Positions 48,283-57,423 of a DNA stretch of 64,000 bases are shown in pieces. Every line of letters begins with the position of its first letter. The stretch's first letter is position 1. The notes under the pieces are model-generated. The model saw only the letters and a list, made by a program, of their open reading frames with translations, was not told the DNA's origin and made no database searches. The stretch comes from Candidatus Gottesmanbacteria bacterium GW2011_GWA2_43_14 (lineage in GTDB: Bacteria; Patescibacteriota; Microgenomatia; 2-02-FULL-39-11). The stretch lies in the NCBI GenBank assembly GCA_000999095.1, contig LCFP01000006.1, positions 1,823 to 65,822 of the forward strand. Direction: 5' to 3'. The translations under genes were made by a program, and so were the position numbers.

Positions 48283-49455
48283 TTAATAATTGCTTAACCA
48301 GATCACATAATCAAGCCCGTCCACTTTGCCGTTTCCGTCAAAATCTCCGGAAACCGAGCCATTAGTTACGGTTTTGTTATAGTTGTTGAGCCAGATGACA
48401 TAGTCGAGTCCGTCGGCTTTCCCGTCTCCATTGGCATCGCCCGGCTTGCCGGCTACCGTAACAGAAGGAGGAGAGGCAGAACCGGTGAACCAGGAAGCGG
48501 CGTAAATATTGGTTTTGAAAAATTTGAGCATGTGAGCGGCAGCTTTTTCTGCCCCTTTTCCGGCAACATTTTCAATCGGATGTGTGCCGTCCGTAGTCTC
48601 AAAATCAGAGGAAAACCAAGACAGACCTTCACTATTGGCATGGCCGTCGTCAGCCCAGAGGTAGGGACCCCAGGCCAAAACCGGACCGTTAGAATAATAG
48701 ACTTTGGCGTTTGTCCCGTTTATCTGGTCAAGAATTACCCGGCGCGCGGCAATGGCGCTTTCATAGGCATAAGGCTCATCGTTTAAATCTTTTGTGGCAT
48801 AACCGCCGTAGGTGCGGTTGGAGAAAAAAATAATTTTGGCATTGGGAAAGCGGTTGCCGATCTCATCGATAATGATTCTCTGATGTTCGGCTAAAGTTGA
48901 GACATACTCACCGCCTTCGGCCAGACAGTCAGTACAATTGCTGCCGTCCTGCGGTGCAAAATTGGCATGGAGCATCCAAATAGCCTGAACCTGGGCTGAG
49001 GTAACGCCGCTGTTGGTTAATTGGAGGGTGACATAATCCCAATTTTCGCCATTAGCCCATTTCTCAGCTACAACCGAGCCGCGGGCGCCGTTGACGATCA
49101 CTACCTTGGACGAGACACCGTTATCATTGGCCGCCTGCCCGATAAAAGCATCGGATTTTCTCCTGGTATTGGACATGCCCATGGTCAGAAGCACAATTTT
49201 ACCGGAAGAACTTGGATTGCCGGAGCCGTCCCTGGAGGTAATTTGGGACCGGGCTTCCGACAGTTTCTGGGCGTGGGCTGCGGGAGGATTATTTTGATAA
49301 TTGCCGTACAGGCCGCCGGTTTCATTCTGGTATTTCTGGCTGCCCGTCATATCCATAAGAGGTATGCAGTCGCTGGTGCAAATATTAGCGTAAACCCTGG
49401 GAGGAATTAAAAAAAAAGAGCCGAAGGCCACCAGAATGGCAAGAATAATTGTCAC
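48283..49455 (-). CDS. secreted SGNH/GDSL-like hydrolase (putative carbohydrate esterase) with a C-terminal dockerin-like module
   Basis: ..LLTMGMSNT (block I-like) ... TDGTHPIEN (block V DGxHP). Dockerin GDANGDGKADGLDYVIWLNNY...GDFDGNGKVDGLDYVIWLSNY. Paralog of ORF 52186. GTG start. Confidence 0.5.
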   Translation of the reverse strand: MTIILAILVAFGSFFLIPPRVYANICTSDCIPLMDMTGSQKYQNETGGLYGNYQNNPPAAHAQKLSEARSQITSRDGSGNPSSSGKIVLLTMGMSNTRRKSDAFIGQAANDNGVSSKVVIVNGARGSVVAEKWANGENWDYVTLQLTNSGVTSAQVQAIWMLHANFAPQDGSNCTDCLAEGGEYVSTLAEHQRIIIDEIGNRFPNAKIIFFSNRTYGGYATKDLNDEPYAYESAIAARRVILDQINGTNAKVYYSNGPVLAWGPYLWADDGHANSEGLSWFSSDFETTDGTHPIENVAGKGAEKAAAHMLKFFKTNIYAASWFTGSASPPSVTVAGKPGDANGDGKADGLDYVIWLNNYNKTVTNGSVSGDFDGNGKVDGLDYVIWLSNY

Positions 49456-49472
49456 GGAATGTTCCTGTTATT

Positions 49473-50276
49473 TCAGCCCTTGGCTGCCCTGCGCCAAATT
49501 TCAAAATCGATCAGGTCAACTTTACCATCCTGATTGAGATCGGCAATTTTGCTTGTCAGTGACTTTTGATATTCAGCTTTCCATTGATTATAGCAGTCAA
49601 TCGAGCCTACCACGTTGCAGGCTTGAGGGTTGCCCGTAGGAGGTGTCAATGTCGGAGGAGTATTAGTCGGAGGTAGCGTCGGATTGGTCCCGCCGTTGTT
49701 TATGGCGGCGCTTGCAGCGTTTACGGTTAATTCCGTACCCCCCGCGCTGACGATTTGCATATCGGAAGCAAGGAATGTGAGCGTTGAGGTATCCGTGTTA
49801 TTGGAGCTTACCGAAGCAAGAGTGAAAGAAGCAAATTCGAAGGAAGAAGCCGGTTGAGTATCCGTGGGGGAAGCGGCAATCACAATAACGGCTTTGCCGC
49901 TTGTATTGGCATTGGCCATGGTCGTTTTCTCAACCACAGTTGATAGGCTGGCTGTGGTGGTGATTTCGGAATCAAATTTAACTTTCGTTTTGTCAAAAAC
50001 GATAACCACCCGGGCAAAAGCAACAGCCTGCCCATGGGGGTCAAGCATGATTTTGACATTTGCATTCGGCGGCAAATTGAAAGAGGCAGGAGAAAATGCG
50101 GCGTCAACCGAGCCGGTTAACTGTGCCTTCGAGAAGTAATTGATAGTATTCTGGACCGCAATAACAGTTATGGGCAGAATCAGTAGAATTAAGATAAAGG
50201 CTAATGGATTCCCTATGGATTTGTTGTCCAGGGTGCGGTAAATTTTTTTGATTTTTCTGGCAGCCGGTTTTATCAT
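49473..50276 (-). CDS. N-terminally membrane-anchored cohesin-like candidate with a single C-terminal dockerin-like half-repeat
   Basis: TM helix, then VAFARVVIVFDKTKVKFDSE...GKAVIVIAASP...FEFASFTLA...MQIVSAGG, paralogous to ORF 44806. A PT linker, then ADLNQDGKVDLIDFEIW. ATG at 50276. Confidence 0.4.
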   Translation of the reverse strand: MIKPAARKIKKIYRTLDNKSIGNPLAFILILLILPITVIAVQNTINYFSKAQLTGSVDAAFSPASFNLPPNANVKIMLDPHGQAVAFARVVIVFDKTKVKFDSEITTTASLSTVVEKTTMANANTSGKAVIVIAASPTDTQPASSFEFASFTLASVSSNNTDTSTLTFLASDMQIVSAGGTELTVNAASAAINNGGTNPTLPPTNTPPTLTPPTGNPQACNVVGSIDCYNQWKAEYQKSLTSKIADLNQDGKVDLIDFEIWRRAAKG

Positions 50277-50323
50277 CTCCTTCAATCAAAGCATAAAACA
50301 GGGTCGCTAATCAAGAAGAATAT

Positions 50324-52132
50324 TCATTTGTTATAATTATTTAACCAAATAACGTAGTCCAGTCCGTCCGCTTTGCCGTTTTTATCAAAGTCACCGCCGG
50401 CCGCTCCCGTGGTTACAGTTTTATTGTAGTTATTCAGCCAGACAACATAATCCAGGCCGTCAACCTTTCCGTCTCCATTGGCATCTCCTGCTTTGCCCGC
50501 CGGGGAAGTAGGAGTCGGGGATTTGGTGGCAGGAGGTGTCGGGGAAGCAGTGACCGATAAAGGCATGGTTAGCTCGTAAAGCCTGCCGTCAGTAAGACCG
50601 AGGTTATCCTCAACGGTCAAAGTTACAAAATATTTACCGTTAGCTGAATAAGTATGTGATACTTCTTTACTGTTTGAACTGGTTCCATCATCAAAATTCC
50701 AGGTGTATTTGCTGACAGTACCGATCCTGTCAGATGAGGCTCCGGCATTAAAATTGACGGTCAAGGCATTGATGCCGGGACTTACGGAAAAATTGGCCAC
50801 GGGAGGCTGGTTCCCGGGTTGGTTAAGGCTGTTTTGGGCTGCGGTCAGTTCATTTGAAAGAAAGCTGACCAGTTGGGGGTGCTGTGAGGACAAATTATTT
50901 TTTTCACCGATATCCGAAGCTAAATTAAAGAGCATCTGGGGATTTGAAACCATACCGCATTCAGCCATCCAGGTTTGGCCGCCTGAGCTTTGCGTCATCA
51001 GTTTCCATTTTCCGGCAATGACGGCTTTATTTTTTGACAGCCAGGTGAAAGCGATATCGTCATCAGGACGCTCGCCGTTGCCGAAGATAACCGATGACAA
51101 ATCCTGGCCGTCGATGGCACGGTCCATGGGAAGGGCAGCTCCGGTCAATTTTGCGAAAGTCGGATATAGGTCAAATATTGCCCCGATTTTATCAACTGTC
51201 CTGCCGGAAGATATAAATCCAGGCCAATTGGCGATAAACGGCACCCTGATGCCTCCTTCGTAATAAGTTCCTTTACCGCAATACAAAGGACCGGCGGAGC
51301 CGCCCTGCGGGGCATTGGCTATAGCCGGCCCGTTATCGCTGGCAAAAACAATCAGGGTGTTGTTCCTGAGACCAAGCTTGTCGATTTCCGCCACAACCTG
51401 GCCGACACCCCAATCCATTTCTTCGACAACATCGCCGTAAGTCCCGTCAAGAGATTTGCCGGCAAAATCAGGGTGGGCAACAAGGGGAGCATGAGGAGCG
51501 GTATATGCTAAATAGAGAAAAAACGGTATGTTTTTGTTTTGATTGATAAAATTCACCGCCTCCGAGGTAAAATTATGAGTCAGCATCGACAGGTCAGCCG
51601 GATTTTCAATTACCTCCGTACCTCTCATCAGAGGAATCTGCCCTCCGTTATAATTGTTCGAATACCAGACGCCGTACCAGTAATCAAAACCATGAAGAGT
51701 GGGGTTGTATTGGGTTTGATGACCAAGGTGCCATTTGCCGATTATGCCCGTTTTATAGCTTTTGCTTTTTAAAAGTTCCGCTATGGTAATTTCCGATGCA
51801 GCCAGGCCTTTTTGGGAAGAGGTACCGGAAATGGAGATGATTTCATCGATGCCTACCCGTCTTGAATAGCGGCCGGTTACAAAAGCTGCCCTGGTCGGGC
51901 AGCAGACACCTGAGTTTGCATAGAATTGGCTGAATTTGCTGCCTCCCTGGGCCAGTTTGTCGATATTGGGAGTTTTTATCTTTGTTGAACCGTAACTACC
52001 CAAATCACCGTAGCCAAGATCATCGGCCAGGATAAAGACGATATTCGGTTTAACAGGAAGTGTCTGGGCGGAGATACCGGCGGGTACAGCCAGCGGAAAA
52101 AGAAAAAAAAATATAAAGACGAATTTTTTCAT
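50324..52132 (-). CDS. secreted Cys-type sulfatase with PKD domain and C-terminal dockerin-like module
   Basis: PNIVFILADDLGYGDLGSYGS...CCPTRAAFVTGRY is the sulfatase N-terminal signature with the C-x-P-x-R formylglycine site. A PKD-like segment (YTWNFDDGTSS...GKYFVTLTVED). C-terminal GDANGDGKVDGLDYVVWLNNY...GDFDKNGKADGLDYVIWLNNYNK. Confidence 0.75.
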   Translation of the reverse strand: MKKFVFIFFFLFPLAVPAGISAQTLPVKPNIVFILADDLGYGDLGSYGSTKIKTPNIDKLAQGGSKFSQFYANSGVCCPTRAAFVTGRYSRRVGIDEIISISGTSSQKGLAASEITIAELLKSKSYKTGIIGKWHLGHQTQYNPTLHGFDYWYGVWYSNNYNGGQIPLMRGTEVIENPADLSMLTHNFTSEAVNFINQNKNIPFFLYLAYTAPHAPLVAHPDFAGKSLDGTYGDVVEEMDWGVGQVVAEIDKLGLRNNTLIVFASDNGPAIANAPQGGSAGPLYCGKGTYYEGGIRVPFIANWPGFISSGRTVDKIGAIFDLYPTFAKLTGAALPMDRAIDGQDLSSVIFGNGERPDDDIAFTWLSKNKAVIAGKWKLMTQSSGGQTWMAECGMVSNPQMLFNLASDIGEKNNLSSQHPQLVSFLSNELTAAQNSLNQPGNQPPVANFSVSPGINALTVNFNAGASSDRIGTVSKYTWNFDDGTSSNSKEVSHTYSANGKYFVTLTVEDNLGLTDGRLYELTMPLSVTASPTPPATKSPTPTSPAGKAGDANGDGKVDGLDYVVWLNNYNKTVTTGAAGGDFDKNGKADGLDYVIWLNNYNK

Positions 52133-52185
52133 GATGAATTCAGTATAGAATCCAATCAGGCAAATTTACAAATAGGACAGACGGA

Positions 52186-53370
52186 TTATTTATTGTAATT
52201 GACCAGCCAGATGACATAGTCCAGGCCGTCAACTTTGCCGTTGCCGTCAAAATCTCCCGAAGCTGAGCCGTTGGATACGGTTTTATTATAGTTATTGAGC
52301 CAGACTACATAGTCGAGACCGTCAACCTTGTTGTCTCCGTTGGCGTCACCCGGTTTTTGCCCTGATGGGGGCGTCGGTGTTTTGCTTGGTGAGACATTCA
52401 TTGTCGGAGGCGGTGCAGATCCCGTAAACCAGGAAGCGGCCAAAGGGCTGGTTTTAAAGAAATTCATTAACATCTGAGCCACCTTGAGTTCTCCTGAGGC
52501 TGATGGATGTCCGCCGTCATCCTGGAAATCTTCGCATTTCCAGACAAGGCCGTCGCTGCGCGGATTGAGACCGTCTGCCCAGATATAAGGGGCCCAAACA
52601 ATAACCGGACTGTTGTTATAGTCAATTTCTGAAGTGCCTGTCGGATTGGTGATACCCATTTGATCCTGGATCAACCAGCGGAAAGCAAAACCGCTTTCAT
52701 AGGCAAGAGGTTCAATACTGGAGTGACCGGAAGCATATCCGGCATAAATGCGGCTGGATACATAGATAATTTTAATTGCAGGGTAGTCTGTTTTTAATTT
52801 TTTGACCATATAAACAAGATTAGATTTAAGCAGCATTGCATCTTCAAGTCCGGGGGTTTCAGCGGTATCCCTGTTTGCCTGTTTCAGCCAAACGACCTGA
52901 ACCTGTTCTTTTGAGAGACCGGCTGAGGAAATCCGGCTTGAAAGGACGCTCCAAGGATTGGTGCCCGGTTCCGGAGTTACCCATCTGTCGGCACTTTGGC
53001 CGCTTTGGGCGCCGTTGACGGTGACTATTGAATTTTGAACTCCAGGGTCGGAGTCGACCAATTCCTGAAAAACAATGAATTCCTGGGAAACATTGGACAT
53101 TCCCACAGATATAAAGCCGATTTTTCCGTTTACCGGTTTGACCTGTCCGGCAGCTATTTGAGCCATTTGCAGGTGGGCAAGGGGAACGGAGTTGCTGCCG
53201 TTTACATATAAACCGCCTGACTGCCCTTTGTATAACTGGTTGGCGCCCATATCAATAAGGGGAATAAAACCGACAGAGGTATTGGCGCAATTTTTCGCTG
53301 CCAGAAGAGGATTAACTGAAATTTGCATAAGAAGCAGAAATAACAAGACTGAGGTCAATTTTTTTGACAT
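52186..53370 (-). CDS. secreted SGNH/GDSL-like hydrolase with a C-terminal dockerin-like module
   Basis: ..FISVGMSNV ... DDGGHPSASG (DGxHP) ... dockerin GDANGDNKVDGLDYVVWLNNY...GDFDGNGKVDGLDYVIWLVNYNK. Confidence 0.5.
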   Translation of the reverse strand: MSKKLTSVLLFLLLMQISVNPLLAAKNCANTSVGFIPLIDMGANQLYKGQSGGLYVNGSNSVPLAHLQMAQIAAGQVKPVNGKIGFISVGMSNVSQEFIVFQELVDSDPGVQNSIVTVNGAQSGQSADRWVTPEPGTNPWSVLSSRISSAGLSKEQVQVVWLKQANRDTAETPGLEDAMLLKSNLVYMVKKLKTDYPAIKIIYVSSRIYAGYASGHSSIEPLAYESGFAFRWLIQDQMGITNPTGTSEIDYNNSPVIVWAPYIWADGLNPRSDGLVWKCEDFQDDGGHPSASGELKVAQMLMNFFKTSPLAASWFTGSAPPPTMNVSPSKTPTPPSGQKPGDANGDNKVDGLDYVVWLNNYNKTVSNGSASGDFDGNGKVDGLDYVIWLVNYNK

Positions 53371-53374
53371 AAGT

Positions 53375-54697
53375 TTATTTGTTATAATTATTCAGCCAGA
53401 TAACGTAATCGAGTCCGTCAACTTTACCGTTTTTATCAAAGTCCCCGCCGGCTGCTCCCGTAGTTATGGATTTATTGTAGTTATTCAGCCAGATGACATA
53501 ATCCAGCCCGTCAACCTTGCCGTCCCCGTTGGCGTCCCCCGGTTTTGCGAGATCTCCGGTTATAACTGGTATGGTCGGGCTGAGTGTGATTTTTGTCGGA
53601 GTGACCTGGGCCGGAGTGCTGGTTGCCGTGCCCGGTCCGGCTGATAAGGTGCCTTTGATTGTGGACAACTTATCAGCGCCGGTATAAACAAAGACAAAAT
53701 TTTTACCGTCGGCGGATGTCCATTTATTGGAAAAATTCCAGAAGACTGTTTTGGCTTCCGCCCCCTGAAGACCGACAGACCAGGCATTGGCAAAAAGGAC
53801 TGTTTTCCAGGGATTTTGTACGTTATTCGGATCTCCCCAGGGCGCCGGAGCCTCATAAATACCGATATATCCGCCGGTTCCCCTTTTTATCTGCTGGGTG
53901 ACCAGAAAATACTTCTTAAGCCCTGCATTATATACGGCGCTGGTTCTCATGACTCCGTTGGCGACGTCGGTAAAGACCGGTTTTTTGAGGCTGACATTAC
54001 TGTTCCATTGGGGCACACCACCGGAGTAGCCGGTGAAGAACTGGTAGTTTGCACGGTTCATGGGATCGCTTTTGGGTACGCGCATAAGGTATATATACCC
54101 GGGTTTCTGTACGTCCCAGGTGCTGTTCTGGATACCTGGGGCATAGATATAAAGATATGACGGATCGCCTCCGGCATAGTCTTTGCCGTATTGGAGGAAG
54201 GTAGGACAGAAAAAATTGCCGCCGTTGGACTGGTCGAATTGCCAGGAAGCCTGAGCCCATTGCGTACCGTGGGTGGTTGATTTATACAGTTTCTGGAAAC
54301 TGTAGGCTGAGTTGTCCGATGCATTTCCGCATACCCACATATAAAGTATACCTCCGACAGAAATAATGCCGTAACTTTTGCCGTTGCCCGTCCATAAGTT
54401 TTGGCCCGTAAAATTGTCTGCTCCTCCGGATATTTTGGCTACGCCCTGGCTGTACTTGGCGCTGTCTCCGAAGCCTCCGCCGTCTCCGAAATTGGTGTAT
54501 TGGGCGTCATCGTCTGCCCAGGTCACCGGCCAGTTGTCACTGCCGCTGGTTATGGAATAGGATTTTTTACTGGCGGTATCAAAACTTACGGAAATTGAAC
54601 TTTGGGCGTAGGGGGCAGCGGCAAAGACGGGGACCGAATATAAATTGAGGGAGACAGTGGTCAAAAAAAATCCCGTCAACAACAGGAGCAGCTTCAT
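53375..54697 (-). CDS. secreted BNR/Asp-box-type beta-propeller protein (sialidase/glycosidase-like) with a C-terminal dockerin-like module
   Basis: WADDDAQYTNFGDGGGFG and an Asp-box-like STTHGTQW. Paralog of ORF 60081. Dockerin GDANGDGKVDGLDYVIWLNNY...GDFDKNGKVDGLDYVIWLNNYNK. Confidence 0.45.
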   Translation of the reverse strand: MKLLLLLTGFFLTTVSLNLYSVPVFAAAPYAQSSISVSFDTASKKSYSITSGSDNWPVTWADDDAQYTNFGDGGGFGDSAKYSQGVAKISGGADNFTGQNLWTGNGKSYGIISVGGILYMWVCGNASDNSAYSFQKLYKSTTHGTQWAQASWQFDQSNGGNFFCPTFLQYGKDYAGGDPSYLYIYAPGIQNSTWDVQKPGYIYLMRVPKSDPMNRANYQFFTGYSGGVPQWNSNVSLKKPVFTDVANGVMRTSAVYNAGLKKYFLVTQQIKRGTGGYIGIYEAPAPWGDPNNVQNPWKTVLFANAWSVGLQGAEAKTVFWNFSNKWTSADGKNFVFVYTGADKLSTIKGTLSAGPGTATSTPAQVTPTKITLSPTIPVITGDLAKPGDANGDGKVDGLDYVIWLNNYNKSITTGAAGGDFDKNGKVDGLDYVIWLNNYNK

Positions 54698-54745
54698 ATA
54701 ATTACTTTATGTGAGCGGGAATAAATGATCAAGAAGGAAACATGC

Positions 54746-56056
54746 CTATATGTTGTAATTGTTCAGCCAGATAACGTAGTCCAGCCCGTCTACTTTCCCG
54801 GAATTATTGAAATCACCACTTCCTGCTCCCGCAACCTGCTGGTTGTAGTGGTTAAGCCAGATGACATAATCCAGTCCGTCAACTTTAGTATCTCCGTTGG
54901 CATCTCCCTGTTTACCGATCGTCCCTACATTTATGGTGACTGTGGCTGTGTTGGAAAAAGCAAGGCCGTCATTTACCCTCCATTTAAAAGTATCGTTGCC
55001 CGAATAGCCCGAGACAGGTGTATAAACCCAATCATTGTCGGTTGCGGCACCGTTTATAGAGCCGTGAAGTGGCAGTTGAGTAACCGAGTATATATATGGA
55101 CCCGGTCCGTCAGGATCAGCAAAGGAAAAGATTATCGAGAGGGGTGTCTCTACCGCAGTAGAGTAGGTGCTGTTTTGAACAGTCGGAGGATGGTTGACTC
55201 CGGTTGGTTCTGCAGTTGGCGTCGGTCCTGTATTGCCGCACGAATTGCCGGCCGGCCATTCTATTTTTGAAGGAGTGCCTCCATTGCCAAAGCCGGCGGC
55301 GCAGGCGTTATCAAGGGCGTAATTGGCCAATGATATGGAAACAGATTCGTCAGGTCTATGGTACTCTCCAACGACAACAGGTTTTCCCAGGCTTGTCCTG
55401 GCGTTATTGACTTTTGTTGCTACTTGAGGACCTGTGGTAGATTCCGTGGGAGGATTGGTTTGCAGAACCATATAATCGCACCAGCTTTGCGAGCAGTATT
55501 CCCATTTATTTGGCGTCTGGTGTGCTGCCAACGGTTTATTTGTCAAACTGTCCATGTGATTTCCTATCTCCTGAATTTCGCTTGCCGTCCAATATTCATT
55601 CGATTCCAGACCAACCACATAACTGTTGGTTTTGGCGTCAATTTGGGGAATAAATGCGCTTAAATCAGTTTTTATTGCCGCAACAGTTTTACCTTTCCAG
55701 GTTCCGGTATCACTGGTAAGCCAGACTACCGCTTTGATACCGGCAGTGTTTAATTCCGTCAATAAAGAATTAAATCCCGATGGGTTTGGATAATAATTGA
55801 AAGCGCTGGCAGTGACGGACAGGTAAGCGTGGGTATAGCCTCTAGATTTAAGTTGAGAGATATAAGCCGAACGCTGGCTGGCAGATGCGGTCGGGAAATA
55901 GGTTGTGCCGCAATTGCTGCCGCAGGCCGGCAGGGATAGAAAATCAGTGGCATGGGGAAGAACTCCGGCAGTGCTTTCAGCTTTAACCGGCTTGACGGAA
56001 ATCATGCTTATAATCAGGAAGAATGAACAAATAATCAGGCCAGCGTAATTTTTCAT
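54746..56056 (-). CDS. secreted clan GH-A-like TIM-barrel glycoside hydrolase with an Ig/cadherin-like domain and a C-terminal dockerin-like module
   Basis: VVGLESNEYW (NE acid/base-like) and PVVVGEYH (GE nucleophile-like). A beta-sandwich segment (YSVTQLPLHGSINGAATDNDWVYTP..TVTINV). Dockerin GDANGDTKVDGLDYVIWLNHY...GDFNNSGKVDGLDYVIWLNNYNI. Confidence 0.45.
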   Translation of the reverse strand: MKNYAGLIICSFFLIISMISVKPVKAESTAGVLPHATDFLSLPACGSNCGTTYFPTASASQRSAYISQLKSRGYTHAYLSVTASAFNYYPNPSGFNSLLTELNTAGIKAVVWLTSDTGTWKGKTVAAIKTDLSAFIPQIDAKTNSYVVGLESNEYWTASEIQEIGNHMDSLTNKPLAAHQTPNKWEYCSQSWCDYMVLQTNPPTESTTGPQVATKVNNARTSLGKPVVVGEYHRPDESVSISLANYALDNACAAGFGNGGTPSKIEWPAGNSCGNTGPTPTAEPTGVNHPPTVQNSTYSTAVETPLSIIFSFADPDGPGPYIYSVTQLPLHGSINGAATDNDWVYTPVSGYSGNDTFKWRVNDGLAFSNTATVTINVGTIGKQGDANGDTKVDGLDYVIWLNHYNQQVAGAGSGDFNNSGKVDGLDYVIWLNNYNI

Positions 56057-56079
56057 ATTAATTGATCATAACATTGAGA

Positions 56080-57423
56080 TTATTTGTTGTAGTTATTCAA
56101 CCAGATAACATAATCCAGACCATCTACCTTGCCTGAATTATTGAAGTCACCACTTCCTGCTCCCGTTGCCGACTGGTTGTAGTGGTTAAGCCAGACAACA
56201 TAATCCAGCCCGTCAACTTTGCCGTCCCCGTTGGCATCACCTGGCTTTCCGGATACTATTGGGGTAGGTGTTTTCGTTGGCAAAATGGAAGGACCACCCT
56301 CAAATAAAGGATTTGAACCGGTTATATTAGCCTCAATTATGTGGGGTATCCCTCCACTCGTCTTTGGGGAATCGTCGACACCAACGCCAGCAAAAACCAC
56401 ACCGTTTTTCTGGTTCCAAAGAATATATGTTCCTCCCGCCCCTGCGCCCCAAGCCCAGGATGTCGAGGCATTTTTATAAAAATCCCCAGCGGAATTGGTC
56501 CATGTCAAATAACCATAAGGAGATTCAGGAAAGGTCGCTTTAGTTAAAAAGCTGATTACCCCGTCGTTACAACCATCGTAATTTACCAACATTCCTGCGG
56601 TTTTTTTAGTTTCCTGTTCTTCAACAAACCATTGGGGAACCAGTACTGTGTTGTTCCATCTTCCTCGTGCTAGCATTAAAAGACCCAATCTACCCATGTC
56701 TTCCAAATCCAGCACCAACCTAATGCCGTCGGTATTTAGCTGCGTATTCCAGCCCTGCATTCCGATAGCTGAGAAATATGCCTGATTAAGCACTGTTTTA
56801 TAATTTGAGGCAGTATAGCTGCCACCAGGACTGCCCCAAGCTTTAAATAATGCCTCATTCAAATTCTTTAAATTGAGGTCAGAGTAAGTCCACATCTGGC
56901 CGGGTGCATAGTCAATGCTGTCCCCACAGCCCGGATAATCAAAGCCTGCAGACTGTGTAATTACGTGCCACCAAGTCGCGTCTTTATCCTTACCTGTTAA
57001 ATTTGTTTGATAAAAACTAATTTTTTGAGTTTTAAAGTCGGGAATTTTCCCCTGATTGACTGCTGCACCGACGGTCAGGGCATGCCAGGTTTTCCGCAAC
57101 GATTTGACCTCGGAAGTCTGGTTAAAATCTCCAGATACATGCACAAGATAGCCATGACGCCACAATGCCCATCGCGTCGCTTTACCAGACAGATCAGTTA
57201 TTATATTACCGCTAAGATTAACCGTCTGGGGTGTTTGTTGATTTTGTTGGGACAATGTTTGGCCGGGAGGAGGGAAATAATAACCTGCAGCATTTATTCC
57301 TTTGGGCAAGAAAAGGGTCAAAAAAAATAACAACGACAAATATCTTTTAGTCGAACGTTCCACACCTAAATTCGCACAGACTCGCCTAACCATCTCGAGA
57401 CAAAAAAATTTTTTACTTACCAT
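56080..57423 (-). CDS. secreted beta-lactamase-fold serine hydrolase (esterase/PBP-like) with a C-terminal dockerin-like module
   Basis: An SLRK S-x-x-K motif within ..SEVKSLRKTWHALTVGAAV.. Dockerin GDANGDGKVDGLDYVVWLNHY...GDFNNSGKVDGLDYVIWLNNYNK. The 5' end overlaps the next gene by 11 nt, so an alternative ATG at 57393 is possible. Confidence 0.45.
   Translation of the reverse strand: MVSKKFFCLEMVRRVCANLGVERSTKRYLSLLFFLTLFLPKGINAAGYYFPPPGQTLSQQNQQTPQTVNLSGNIITDLSGKATRWALWRHGYLVHVSGDFNQTSEVKSLRKTWHALTVGAAVNQGKIPDFKTQKISFYQTNLTGKDKDATWWHVITQSAGFDYPGCGDSIDYAPGQMWTYSDLNLKNLNEALFKAWGSPGGSYTASNYKTVLNQAYFSAIGMQGWNTQLNTDGIRLVLDLEDMGRLGLLMLARGRWNNTVLVPQWFVEEQETKKTAGMLVNYDGCNDGVISFLTKATFPESPYGYLTWTNSAGDFYKNASTSWAWGAGAGGTYILWNQKNGVVFAGVGVDDSPKTSGGIPHIIEANITGSNPLFEGGPSILPTKTPTPIVSGKPGDANGDGKVDGLDYVVWLNHYNQSATGAGSGDFNNSGKVDGLDYVIWLNNYNK

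Noticed and set aside
53192-55270. Plus-strand ORFs (53192-53644, 54725-55270, also 60075-60344) with the recurring peptide VIQPDN(I/V)(I/V)(Q/E)(P/S)V(N/D)F
   Set aside because: These are antisense translations of the conserved dockerin-coding DNA. They recur only because the sense-strand module recurs.
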